Positions 26,243 to 38,548 of a DNA stretch of 64,000 nucleotides are shown in pieces. Made by a program: the position numbers and the translations under genes. The notes beneath the pieces are model-generated. The model had not been told where the DNA came from and did not search any database. It saw only the letters and a list, made by a program, of their open reading frames with translations. The stretch is from Octopus sinensis (Eukaryota): contig NC_043006.1 in NCBI RefSeq assembly GCF_006345805.1, positions 44,330,001-44,394,000 on the forward strand, read 5' to 3'. Numbering within the stretch: position 1 is the first letter of the stretch; every line of letters starts with the position of its first letter.

Positions 26243-28095
26243 TGTGTACAGTGCTCAGGTGCACTACAACTCATCTAAAGTGTATATATAATCAGGTGTA
26301 GTTTCGGCGGATTTCGGAAAGCATGAGGGCCTTAAAGGATGCAGTGTCATGGCAGTCAACAACTGACGCAGGCAGTTTATTCCATGCTTCAGCAACTCTG
26401 AGCGTGAAGAAATGTTTCCGAAAGTCATGGGAGCTGTGTTGTTTTCTGACTTTGTAGGCATGTCCACGTGTGTTAGACACATGGAGATCAAAAAGGTGTT
26501 CAGTGTTGTTGTTGGTGAGGTGGTTGATAACCTTGTGGGTGTCTACCAAGTCCGTCGCCAGACGCCGGAGCTTCAGTGAATCCATGCCCAGGGAAACAAG
26601 GCGCTCAGAATATGGTAGGTGTCTGATGGAGGGTATGCGTTTGGTTGCACGTCTCTGGACAGATTCCAGGAGGTCAATGTTCTGAGCAAGATAGGGATTC
26701 CAAACTGATGATGCGAATTCCAAGTGTGGTCGTACCATAGCTGTATACAGTTTTAATAGATGGCTGGAGAGCGGCTAACAAAAGTCTTGCTGAGTGATGC
26801 CAAGACACCCTCGGCCTTCTTGACAATTTTAGAGATATGCTTTGTCCAACGCAAATCACTGCTGACAGTGATGCCTAGGTCACGCTCTTAAGAGGATTTC
26901 TTGATATCAGTGTTGTGGAGGGAGTATGTGGACGCAGGGTTTTTTCTCCCAAAATTCATGGTGGTACACTTGTCCACAGCCAGTTTCAGTTGCCAGTCTG
27001 TGATCCATTGCTGCATTGTGTCTAGGTCTGATTGCAGGAAAGAGTTGTAGACATCAGGATCAGTCCTCTTGATTTCAAGGTACAGCTTGATGTCGTCTGC
27101 ATATTTCAATACTGTGGCATTCTTTAAATTGGCATCTATGTCATTAATGTATGCCACAAACAGAGGGGACCAAGGACAGATCCTGTGGTACACCCGATGA
27201 CATCTCATATGGTGTAGAGTGCTCTCCTAGAACTGTGACTACCTCCTTTCGGCTGAGGATGAAGGATTTCAACCAGTTAAAAAGGTCATCCCCCACACCC
27301 ATTGCAGAGAGTTTCACCATAAGCCTTTTGTGTGGCACAGAGTTTGAAAGCCTTAGCAACATCCACCCATGAGCCACTGTCAGTGATCTGAGTAATGTCC
27401 TCAAGGAACTCGACAAGCTGGTCACTGCAGCTGGAGTTAGGGACAAATCCATCCATATTGTGAGGGTCGGATGAGACTGTGAGAGCTCCAGAAGTTCCAG
27501 AGTGTTTCTCTGACACACGATTCCATCATCAGTTTTGCAATACAGCTAGTGAGACTGACTGGGCGATAGTTGACAGGTGATGTGCGGTCACCCTTTTTGA
27601 ACAGAGGAATGACCCGGCAGTTTTCCACTGCTCCGGAGTAGCACCATTGTTGAGACAGTACTGGAAGAAAATAGAAAGCTGGTGTAAAAGGAAGTGCCTG
27701 CCACGTTTGAGAAGCAGGTATGTACTCTCCATCGAGACCAGGGAGGCATAGTTGCGCTATTTTGAAGGTGACGTCGCAGCATTGCAGGTGTAAATTCCAT
27801 AGTTGTTATGGAGTTTGCTGTTAGTGATGGTGAAGATGGTACATTTTGACTTTCAACAGTGAATATGTTTGCATAGCACTCGCCAATGAGTTCTGCGCAT
27901 TCCTTGGGGTCGTCAGTGATCTGGTTTGTGTGAGGGTTGCGAAGAGGGCCCACTGGAGAGTGAGGTCTCTGCTTTGAATGCACATATTTCCAGAAAACCT
28001 TGCTGTCAGGATTGGCTGCTATGCACTGTTCAAATTCAAGCACTGCATTTTTTGTCACTTGCTTGAGATGGTTAGAGGATTTATTCCACTTCTTC
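26196..28095 (-). mobile_element. 5'-truncated CR1-clade LINE, frameshifted RT domain
   Basis: Motifs VIPLFKKGDRTSPVNYRPVSLTS, SGVPQ, YADD (27092-27103), VRPHLEFASSVWNPY and FFTLRVAEAWNKLP; (AAT)n tail at 26196-26241. Confidence 0.95.
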
Positions 28096-28475
28096 CTGTT
28101 GGTGTCTGATTTGTTTTCATTGTTTGAAAAAAGTTGTTTTCTATGTTTTTGTTTTTTATGTTCTCGTTTCTCATTTTTTTCATGTTTTTTTAATGTCCTG
28201 TACCCATATATGCATGTACATATATATATATATATATGTAGGTATGTACATATATGTATGTATATAAGCATATATTTATATATTATTCATATTATCAATC
28301 GACACGCATCCATTTCCAAGTATATATATATATATGTGTGTGTGTATATACATATGTATATGTATATATATATATATAACGGGAAGCTTTATGAAAATAG
28401 ACAAAAGACGAAGGCAGGTGGAAAACAACAAACATTGTATTAGTATGGCGCTCAGGAAATATAAATAAAACAAGT

Positions 28476-28510
28476 CTTTAACGTTTCGAGCCTACGCTCT
28501 TCAACAGAAG
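28476..28510 (-). ncRNA. Hammerhead fold (CUGUUGA variant) in the PLE 3' terminus
   Basis: CTT-CTGTTGA-A-GAGC-GTAG-GCTC-GAAAC-GTT-AAAG. Confidence 0.7.
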
Positions 28511-28704
28511 ATACACAGAGAGAAAAAACACAGAAAGAAGGAGAGAAAAAAAAATGCGTGCAGTAACTAACGAACCAACATGGCGATCTGATTTCGGCCA
28601 GAAATCAAGATCAAACATGAGACGCGAGAGCGAAATTAGGGGAGATAATAGGGTTGAGTGACCAGCTCAACATAAGGGTGTGTGTTGTGTGTGTGGTGTG
28701 GTGT

Positions 28705-29010
28705 ATGAGAGATATTAGTGCGTATGAGAGTTCTGGACGTGTGTATGTATAGGGTTGGTGTATGTATTAGTATGTATTAGTATGTATAAGGGTGTTTGTG
28801 TGTATGAGAGAGTATTAGTGCGTATGAGAGGTCTGGACGTGTGTATGTATAGGGTTGGTGTATGTATTAGTATGTATTAGTATGTATAAGGGGGTGTGTG
28901 TGTGTATGAGAGAGTATTAGTGCGTATGAGAGGTCTGGACATGTGTATGTATAGGGTTGGTGTATGTATTAGTATGTATTAGTATGTATTAGTTGGTGTA
29001 TGTATTAGTA
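28705..29010. repeat. ~101-bp tandem repeat, 3 copies, in the PLE 3' region
   Basis: tattagtgcgtatgagag recurs at ~28713, 28813 and 28915. Confidence 0.85.
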
Positions 29011-31959
29011 TGGCACATCATATATGATGTGATGTGTAAAGTCGTGTGGTGTAGTGTGGAGAGAGGGGGGAGGGGGAGATGGGGGAATGGGAAGGAGAGG
29101 GGAGGAGGAAGGAGGAAAGAGGGAGAGGGGGAGAGAGAAGGGAGTGAGGGAGCAGAGGGGAGGGGGGGGGCGGGAGGGGAGGGAGGGGAGGGAGGGGAGG
29201 GAGGGAGCAGAGGGAAGGGGAAGAGGGAAGGAGGGAGGGAGAAAGAGGGAAGAAGGGAAGGGGAGTAGGGTTAAAGGATGAAGGACTGAAGAAGTAGGGG
29301 TCGGGGGAAAGGTAGGTGAGGAGGGGGGAGAGGGGGGGTTAGATGAGGAGGGGGGAGAGTTGAGACTAAATGGCGTATAAGAGCGAAGAGAGAGATTAAT
29401 TGCTGTTCACGGCGCAAACGGGAATCCAGATGGCCTCTGTGTAAGGACAAACCGAACACAGATAGGTGTTGCAAGGAGTGACCGGTGGAGCGGAAATGGC
29501 GAGAGACCGTGTGTCGTTCGCAAGGTGGATGTCACAAAGGTGTTCCGCGAACCGGTCAGCCAAGCGGCGTCCCGTTTGTCCGATGTACAAGGAATGGCAG
29601 AGAGAGCAGAGACGCAATAGATAATATTGCTGGAGGTGCAGGTGAAGGAGTGGATGATGGGATAGGGTCGATGATGGGTGCTAGTGAGGAGGGTGTGTTG
29701 GAGAGGTAAGGGCAAGTGCGGCAACGTGGGCGGGAGCAGGGGAACTAGCCGGGTTGGAGGTATGGTCAGGGAAGGAGCTAGGCCAAAAGTCTCGAAGGTT
29801 GTGGGCTCGTTTGAAAGAGAGAGGGTTCGGTTAGGGAAGAGGTGTGAAGTGGACGGGTCGGACTGGAGATGACGGAAAGCTCGAAGAATGGTGCGTTGGA
29901 GAGGTAGGGTCATGGGGTGGTAAGTGAGGGGAAAAGGGAGGCGGGAGACTACAGGGCGGGTTCGGGGAGAGAGAGCAGATACACGGTCCATGGACCGTGC
30001 TCTGGCAAGGGCGGTGTGGATAGTGGTGAGGGGGTATCCACGTAGGGTGAAGTGGTGAGCCATACGTTGAGACTGAGTCTCAAAGTCATGGTCGTCACTA
30101 CAGAGCCTACGTAGATGGAGGAATGGGAATAGGGGATGGAAAGCTTGGTGTGTTCTGGGTGGGAGGAAGAGGTATGAGTGTGAGTCTGTGTGTTGTAGTG
30201 AATGGAGGTGGTAAGAGTGGAGTGAAGAATGCTAACCAAAATGTCGAGGAAGAGACAGAGGTGTTGGAGATAGTGGAAGTGAAGTGGAGGGCTGGATGGA
30301 AAGATTGGACGAAAGAGAGGAAGGAATCTAGATATTCACGGGAGATGAGGTGGCACCGATAATGTCGTCAATGTAACGACATATAGTTCAGGAGTAGGAC
30401 CAGTGAAATTAGAGAATATTTGGGCCTCAACTAGCCAACGAACAGGTTCGCATAGTTGGGGCCCATTCGCGTTCCCATGGCCACTCCCGAGACCTGATGG
30501 TAGAACTCGCCCGCGAACGAGAAGCAGTTCAGAGTAAGGACAAGTTCGGCCAGACGAATGAGTGTGGAGGTTCAGGTACAGGGTTGGAGCGGAGTCAAGA
30601 AAGTGTCGAAGGGCCTGCAGTCCTTCGTGGTGAGGGATAACAGTATAGAGGCTTTGGATGTCCATAGTAAAAACGATTTTGGAGGAGCCGGAGGAAAGGA
30701 GAAAGAGTTGAAAAGCCGAGAGCATGGTTGGTATCGTGGATGTGGGAGGGAAGAGATGCCACTAGGGGGGCAAGGACACGGTCGAGTATTTAGAGATGAG
30801 CTCCGTGGGGCGTTACAGGCGGAGACGATGGGGTGGCCAGGGTTGTTGGGTTTGTGAATTTTGGGGAGGAAGTAAATGGTGGGGGTACGTGGGGTTCACA
30901 CAATTAGGTTGGATGCGGTGTGGGGGAGACGGGAGGACGAGATGAGGTTCGCGGACAGTAGAGGATACCGTCTGTTGGTAGCTACGTGTGGGTTAGAGGG
31001 CAGAGGGAGTAGAAGGAGGTGTCATTGAGTTGGCGGAAAGCCTCGGCCCTATAGAGGTCCGTGCGCCACACCACTACAGCTCCACCCTTGTCAGCCGGTT
31101 TGATGATAATGTCAGCGCGCCGTTGGAGGAAACGAAGAGCCAAGAGCTCAGCCGGGGAGATGTTATATATACGATGGGCTTCTTTCAGTTTCTGTCTAGC
31201 AAATCCACTCACAAGGCTTTGGTTGGCCCAAGATTATAGTAGAAGACACTTGCCCAAGGTGCCACACAGTGGGATTGAACCCGGAACCATGTGGTTGGCT
31301 AGCAAGCTACTTACCACACAACCACTCCATATTTATATTTTATATGTGTCGATATGTATTAATATATGTAATATGCATTTTAATTTTAATTTATAACTAT
31401 ATGAGTATGATTGCCTAATTGGAGTTTATATCTTAATTCTTGTCTTTTGTCTTGGGTTTGACCCAAACACTTCTTAAGCAGTTCTATATTTTTCATAAGA
31501 AAGAACAATAATATTATATATATATATATAATTAGGGTTCAGCAAAAAAATTTAGTTTACCACACACCGAACTTTTAGAAAAAGCAGCCAAAGAACTTAG
31601 CTATTTCCTCTACTATATATATATATACAAGGGGCTTCTTTCAGTTTCCATCCACCAGATTCACTCATAAGGTTGGCCTGAGGCTATAAGAGAAGATACT
31701 TGCCAAAGGTGCTATGCAGTGGGACTGAACCCCGAACTATGTGCTTGGGAATCTAACTTCTTACAACACAGCCATGCCTGTGCCTACTTACGTTACTTTT
31801 TTTTTAAATACTCTTGTCTAAATTGGATTTTTATCAGTGGTGGTCATGGCAGTGAGTGATGATGGGGGGGGGGGGGGTAATGTGCATTTTTTAGATTTGT
31901 TTTTGTTTGTTTGCTTTAGAACTTTTAATGTTCATTATTATTTTCCAGGCAGTACTGAC

Positions 31960-32010
31960 CTTGTCTGGCGTAACATTCAACTGTTCCCACCAGCATTGAT
32001 GTTCTCAATC
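31960..32010 (-). CDS. Candidate 51-nt exon (LRTSMLVGTVECYARQ), product unknown
   Basis: ttttatcAG|exon|GTCAGT, phase 1/1, a unique GC-richer island in AT-rich flanks. A plus-strand acceptor at 31948 is an alternative reading. Confidence 0.15.
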
Positions 32011-32459
32011 CTGATAAAATATTATTATTTTAGATGGAATTTGGCAATGATGAAGGAATTTATAAATTAAATTCACTCTGAATAGGTTTCTAAGAAACTG
32101 AATGGAATTAGATGTTTCCTTTTTTTTTTTTTTTTCCTTTTCACTTCTTTTTCTTTTTGTTTCTCAAATTTATTTTTATTCTTATTTAAGCATTCTTACA
32201 AAACATTTCTTTCTACAGGAATATATGACCTAATTTTTTGGTTTCAAAAAAGTTATACATTCCTATAAAAGTTATTATATTATGTATATTTGTTTTGTTT
32301 TGAAAAGATTTATATCGTTTAAAGGATTAGAGAAAGCAAAAATGAGGACCAGTAAGCGATGATAAGTTTGCGTATAACCCAAACATTTTCGAGGGAAACC
32401 AGAGAAAACTTGATATTACTCTTTGTACATGGAGATTTTTGACAAGATAAACAGAGTTT

Positions 32460-32463
32460 CTTC

Positions 32464-32507
<44 letters not shown>

Positions 32508-32740
32508 GCCATCACCAACACCAACACCACCACTGCCACCACAACCGCCACCGCCGCCACCACCACCATCACCATCATCATCATCATCATCATCATCAAT
32601 CATTGCCGTCATCATCATCATCATCATTGTCATCATGATCATGGTCGTCATCATCATCATCATCATCATCATCATCAATCACCATTGCCATCATCATCAC
32701 CGTCATTGTCATTGTCATCATCACCACCACCATCATTACC

Positions 32741-32771
<31 letters not shown>

Positions 32772-33130
32772 ATCATCATTGCCATCATCATCATCATCAT
32801 CATCATCATCATTATCATCATCATCGTCATCATCAATCACCATTGCTATCATCATCATTGTCATTGTCATTACTGGCATCACCACCACCACCCAACCACC
32901 ACCACCACCACCACCACACCACCACCATCATCATCATCATCATCATTGTCTTCTTCTTCTTCTTCTTCTTCTTCTTCTTCTTCTTCTTCTTCTTCTTCAC
33001 CACTATCATCATCATCACCATCATTGTTATCACCACAACTATCATCCTCACAAATTTCCTTACATTGGTCATCATCATCACCAACATCAGCAATATAACC
33101 ATCATTGTCATTATCATTGTCACCATCTCT
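32460..33130. repeat. Compound CAT/CAC/CTT trinucleotide array
   Basis: Directly visible; source of the poly-H/S/I ORFs. Confidence 0.95.
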
Positions 33131-33275
33131 CATCTTCTCTTCCTTTCCTGTTTTTCCCACGTTTTTCTCTTCTTCCAATTAACTATTACATAAAAAAAAT
33201 TAGGGTGGATTAATTTGTTATTTATAAATTATACTCACACACACACACACACACACACATACATATAAACATACA

Positions 33276-33675
33276 TAGGAATGGCTGTGTGGTAAGTAGC
33301 TTGCTTACGAACCACATGGTTCTGGGTTCAGTCCCACTGCGTGGCAACTTGGGCAAGTGTCTTCTACTATAGCCTCGGGTCGACCAAAGCCTTGTGAGTG
33401 GATTTGGTAGACAGAAACTGAAAGAAGCCCATTATATATATGTATATATATGTATCTGTGTGTATATGTTTGTGTGTCTGTGTTTGTCCCCCCAACATCA
33501 CTTGACAACCGATGCTGGTGTGTTTACGTCCTCATAACTTAGTGGTTCGGCAAAAGGGACTGATAGAATAAGTACTAAGCTTACAAAGAATAAGTCCTGG
33601 GGTCGATTTGCTTGACTAAAGGCGGTGCTTTAGCATGGCCACAGTCAAATGACTGAAGAGAAAAGAGAGTAAAAG
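33276..33675 (+). mobile_element. tRNA-derived SINE family A, full length (GGAGTGGCTGTGTGGTAAG...GGGTTCAGTCCC)
   Basis: A/B-box head, internal TA/TG microsatellite and conserved 3' body. Full or partial copies at ~955-1130, 3195-3385, 12165-12590, 12740-13050, 13940-14110, 23450-23610, 25880-26100, 31170-31330, 31630-31790, 37850-38055, 38300-38715, 38790-38940, 50010-50170, 60655-60830. Confidence 0.9.
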
Positions 33676-33691
33676 AGTATATATGTATGTA

Positions 33692-33761
<70 letters not shown>

Positions 33762-34877
33762 CACACACACATACACATACACATACACATACACATACAT
33801 ACATACATACACACATACATACATACATACATACAAACATACATACAAACATGCATACATACGTTTGTATATATATGTATATATAGGTATAAGAATGGAA
33901 GTATAGTTAAGAAGCTTATATATATATCAGCCGAAATTGCGAGGATGATCCGGTTCTTGACTGAAGATTAGAGGTTTCGAGTGGCCTGTCCGTTTTTTGT
34001 GTCGTCTATTTGAATGTTTTGCGTTCTTGTCCCATTTTGTATTTTTAGATATATATATATATACATATATAGTTGCATGTGTGTGTGTGTATATATATAT
34101 AATGTACACTATACAATCTTTTTACTCTTTCACTTTTCTCTCTTTTTCTCTCTCTTATTCTTTTACCACCTCTTCTCCCACTATTCTGTCTTATTACTCT
34201 GTCACTCTCTCTTCCTCACTCCTCCTCCCTTGCTCACGTGGGTCCCACGTGACCATTGGCCATCTTTCTTTCTTTCCATTGAAGCTGGAACAAGGAAGAC
34301 GTGTTCTTGTTTATCTCCTGTCCTAGCTTGATTTATGCATTTGCCACTACAACCTTGTTTAGGCTTAGCAGCCTTTCCTGCTTGTTTTCACTGTCCTGTT
34401 TGTGTTGCCTATTTTGACCCTCTACAAAATCCCAAATTTTATTTAATTTGCTTTGCGGAAGAAACTGTTTTATCGAAAGCATATATTGTTGTTATATGCT
34501 CGAAATATGAGACTAGAAAAACACCCAAAAACTGATGAAGGGTCGTTCTTTATGTTGGTTTTCTTTTCCATTTGTGTCTTTCATTGATCAAAAGAATAGT
34601 TCATGTTCCATGTACTCATGCTTCATACTTTTTTGCTGTGCCCACATACGTATATATATATATATATATATACAGTGGGGGTAAATAAATATTCGTACAT
34701 GTCAAATTTCTGCACACAGGCAGCCATAGGGTGATGGGTGTTTTACCCCAGTCTCTTGTTGGACCTTAATTCAGTAAGTCCAAAGTGCAATATAGGCATG
34801 CATCATCACACATTGGAACAGTGTATCACATGCACTTAAGCATCACACTATAGCACAGTGCAGATATTTACTATCAC

Positions 34878-35154
34878 AGCACTTCAGGGCCGGTTTCCTG
34901 GCTTCCTTGTCGTATAGGTTCCCTACCTGGATGGAACACCAGTCCGTCGCAGGTGATCTGCAAGCTGCAGGAGGAAACAGTGAGAGAAAGTTGTGGCAAA
35001 AGAGTCAGCAGAAGTTCACCATTACCTTCTGCCGGAGTCACGTGGAGCTTAGGTGTTTCGCTCATAAACACACACATCCACCGGCCTGAGATTCGAACCC
35101 ACGATCCCTCGACCATGAGTCCACTGCTCTAACCACTAGGCCATGTGCTTCCAC
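34878..35154 (-). mobile_element. tRNA-derived SINE with V-domain-like motif
   Basis: Head gtggaagcacatggcctagtggttagagc...gggttcgaatctc; motif cctgcgacggactggtgttccatccagg at 34922-34953. Confidence 0.7.
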
Positions 35155-35454
35155 AGGACAGTGCAGTAGACATGCTTAATATTTTGCTATAATGCAATGA
35201 ATGCACTTACTGCGTACCACCACACTATAGTGCAATGTAAGTACATAACATTAGTCTACGGTATATATAACTTCCACTGGTGCATTACAGGTATTTTTCA
35301 CCATTCAGCATTGCACTGCGAGGCAGGAACTGGTAGAGACATATCCATTGCAATGAAAGATGATAAGTTTTAGTTGCTATGTGCAACTAAAATAGTTTGT
35401 GCATTAATTCAATTTCAAGCACACAACTGCACCCCCCCCCACACACACACACAC

Positions 35455-35700
35455 ATGCGGATGCTGCATACTTTCACACACACACGCACACATAGATGCT
35501 GCACACTTTCCCACACACACTGCATACTTTCACAAATGGATACACACACACTGCACACTTTCACACACACACACACACACTGCACACTTTCACACACACA
35601 CACACACACTGCACACTTTCACACACACACACACACACTGCACACTTTCACACACACACACACACACGCTGCACACTTTCACACACACACTTCCATGTGC
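35455..35700. repeat. Minisatellite CTGCACACTTT(CA)n
   Basis: About 8 units, each an 11-mer followed by a variable CA run. Confidence 0.9.
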
Positions 35701-36850
35701 ACTGACACATGTATATGCACACACACGTGCACACACAACACGCACACACAGAGTCACAGCCACTTACACACTGACACACTCCTATAACTAAACTACTCTC
35801 ACACACTCACAGATACATGCAGATACACAGACACTTACACATATACTCACACATACACTTCAAATACATGAGAATGTATGTGTATGTGCAATGTATGTGT
35901 ATATATAAGTATGTGTGTGCGAGTGTGTGCACACATGCACATGACTGTGTGTATACGTGTGTGTGTGTGTGTTTAATTTGAGAAAGTGGAAGGTGGAGTC
36001 ACTGGAACGACTACAAAAACCACCTTTGTCCAAAGGTTCAGAGATATTACATCAGACCTATTCCCAATCTAAATTAAAACACTGCCCGTATACAGTGAAA
36101 CTGTTGTTGTTATTGTAGTTACTGTTTGGGCCAAGGTCAACCTTGATCAAGTAAAGCTATGATCAAAGGGAGTCCAACCATAACCATTCAGTCTTTTTTT
36201 TAGGGTTTCTGATATTACATCATCTTGTGTGTCATTTCCTTATTTAAAAATTACAAGAAGCAATTTCTGGAAAATTTGGCTGCTATTTCTAGTACTAGTT
36301 TATTCTGGTGGACTCCCATGGCCATTCAGTGTTTAGAAACTAGTTTTATAGAAACTACTTCCAAAATGCCTATTTTACTTTTCACACATTAACTTGTGTA
36401 AGTTGAACTTAGTAAAACTTTAGGGACAGAAACCGAGTTATTTCTTGCAATGCATACATACATACATACATACATACATCATAGCTGCACCCTCGTTACA
36501 CAAGGAAACCCATTGCCAAAAAGACCACTGAAATGATTCATTATTGATGCTGTGTGATGCCTTTATATAATTTTTAAGCCCAGCCAAAGTTTAACGCATT
36601 TTATTACATACTGCACTGCTATGCTGGTTGGCAGGAGAAACAGGTGCCACCATATGCACTCTCTTAACATGTCTGTTCAGACTTCCAACTGAGAAGCACA
36701 CCCTTCCATAATACCAATAAAAATGTTGCCAACCTCCTGTTATGATATACATATATATATATATATATATATAATAATAAAATGACAACAAAAGAACGAG
36801 ACCCTGATATTATGAAAATAGAGGAATTTATATATATATATATATATATA

Positions 36851-37072
36851 GTACAGGACAATCAGTAAGTTGTCATAATAGAACTCAGAGTTTCAAATCA
36901 GCTATTTTTTACAATAGACGCTATGAAAAAAAAATTAGCCAATGAAAATCCCCAAAACTTTTAGCTCCAGCATTTGAAACTCTGAGTTCTGTAACAACAA
37001 CTACTGACTGTCCTATACTGTGTATGTATGTGTATATATATGTATGTATGTATATATATATATATACGTATA

Positions 37073-37114
<42 letters not shown>

Positions 37115-37578
37115 CAAAAGTAAGGAATGGGGTAGATAAGATCTGAGCTGTTTTATAGTGAATGAACCTTGGAAGTAGTAAATATAGAAAAAAAAATTCA
37201 CAACCTTCCATCTCAATAAACCGATATTGTCCCTGAAAGTTGTTTTTTGTATTTACTATGGATTGCTTGAAGCTAACTTTCTTCCTACACCTTAATACCT
37301 GGATCTTATATTTATTTACATTTATATATATATACATATATATAGTACAGGACAATCAGTAAGTTGTCATAATAGAACTCAGAGTTTCAAATCAGCTATT
37401 TTTTACAATAGACGCTATGAAAAAAAAATAGCCAATGAAAATCCCCAAAACTTTTAGCTCCAGCATTTGAAACTCTGAGTTCTGTAACAACAACTTACTG
37501 ACTGTCCTATACTGTGTATGTATGTGTATATATATGTATGTATGTATATATATATATATACGTATATATATGTGTGTG

Positions 37579-37610
<32 letters not shown>

Positions 37611-37852
37611 ATATGTATATACAAAAGTTAAGGAATGGGGTAGATAAGATCTGAGCTGTTTTATAGTGAATGAAACCTTGGAAGTAGTAAATATAAGAAA
37701 AAAAAATTCACAACCTTCCATCTCAATAAACCGATATTGTCCCTGAAAGTTGTTTTTTGTATTTACTATGGATTGCTTGAAGCTAACTTTCTTCCTACAC
37801 CTTAATACCTGGATCTTATATTTATTTACATTTATATATATATACATATATA
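36851..37852. repeat. Tandem duplication of ~494-508 bp, each copy with a Tc1-like hairpin MITE
   Basis: Copies start at 36851 and 37345 and differ mainly by 1-nt indels. MITE arms gtacaggacaatcagt..agaactcagagtttcaaat / atttgaaactctgagttct..actgactgtcctatac. Confidence 0.9.
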
Positions 37853-38246
37853 TTCTTTTATTCTTTTACTTGTTTCAGTTATTTGACTGTGGCCATGCTG
37901 GAGCACCGCCTTTAGTTGAACAAATCGACCCCCAGGACTCAACTTATTCTTTGGAAACCTTGTACTTGTTCTATCAGTCCATTTTGGGCTAAGTTACGGG
38001 GACATAAACATACCAACATTGGTCGTCAAGCCATGGTGGGGGGACAAACACAGACACACAAATATATATCAGCTGAAATTGCGAGGATGATCCGGTTCTT
38101 GACTGAAGATAAAAGGCTTCGAATGACCCGTCCGTGTTTTTTTGTATCGTCTATATGGATGCTTTGTTGTCCCCTTTTGTATCACTTAGTTGTCCGGATG
38201 TTTTGCGTTCTTGTCCCATTTTGTATTTTATTTTGTATATGTGTGT

Positions 38247-38296
<50 letters not shown>

Positions 38297-38514
38297 ATGT
38301 ATACTCTTGTACTCTTTTACTTGTTTCAGTCATTTGACTGCGGCCATGCTGGAGCACTGCCTTTAATCGAGCAACTCGACCCCAGGACTTATTCTTTGTA
38401 AGCCCAGTTCTTATTCTATCGGTCTCTTTGCCGAACCGCTAAGTGATGGGGACATAAACACACCAGCATCGGCTGTCAAGCGATGTTGGGGGGACAAACA
38501 CAGACATACAAACT

Positions 38515-38548
<34 letters not shown>

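Larger units (their letters stand above)
28375..31160 (-). mobile_element. Penelope-like retroelement, RT + GIY-YIG, 5'-truncated and frameshifted
   Basis: IIIKPADKGGAVVVW, PKIHK, DIQSLYTVIP, GVAMGTRMGP, YIDD (30364-30375), GYPLTTI, SLYIGQTGRRLADRFAEHL. The 3' non-coding tail carries an HHR at 28476-28510. Confidence 0.93.

Noticed and set aside
33930-33990. CTGAAGA / GAAA motifs here and at 38065-38130
   Set aside because: Could not build stems I-III around the core on either strand.
34674-34720. TA-CAGTGGGGGTAAATAAATATTCG Tc1-like TIR
   Set aside because: No matching opposite TIR or transposase identified.
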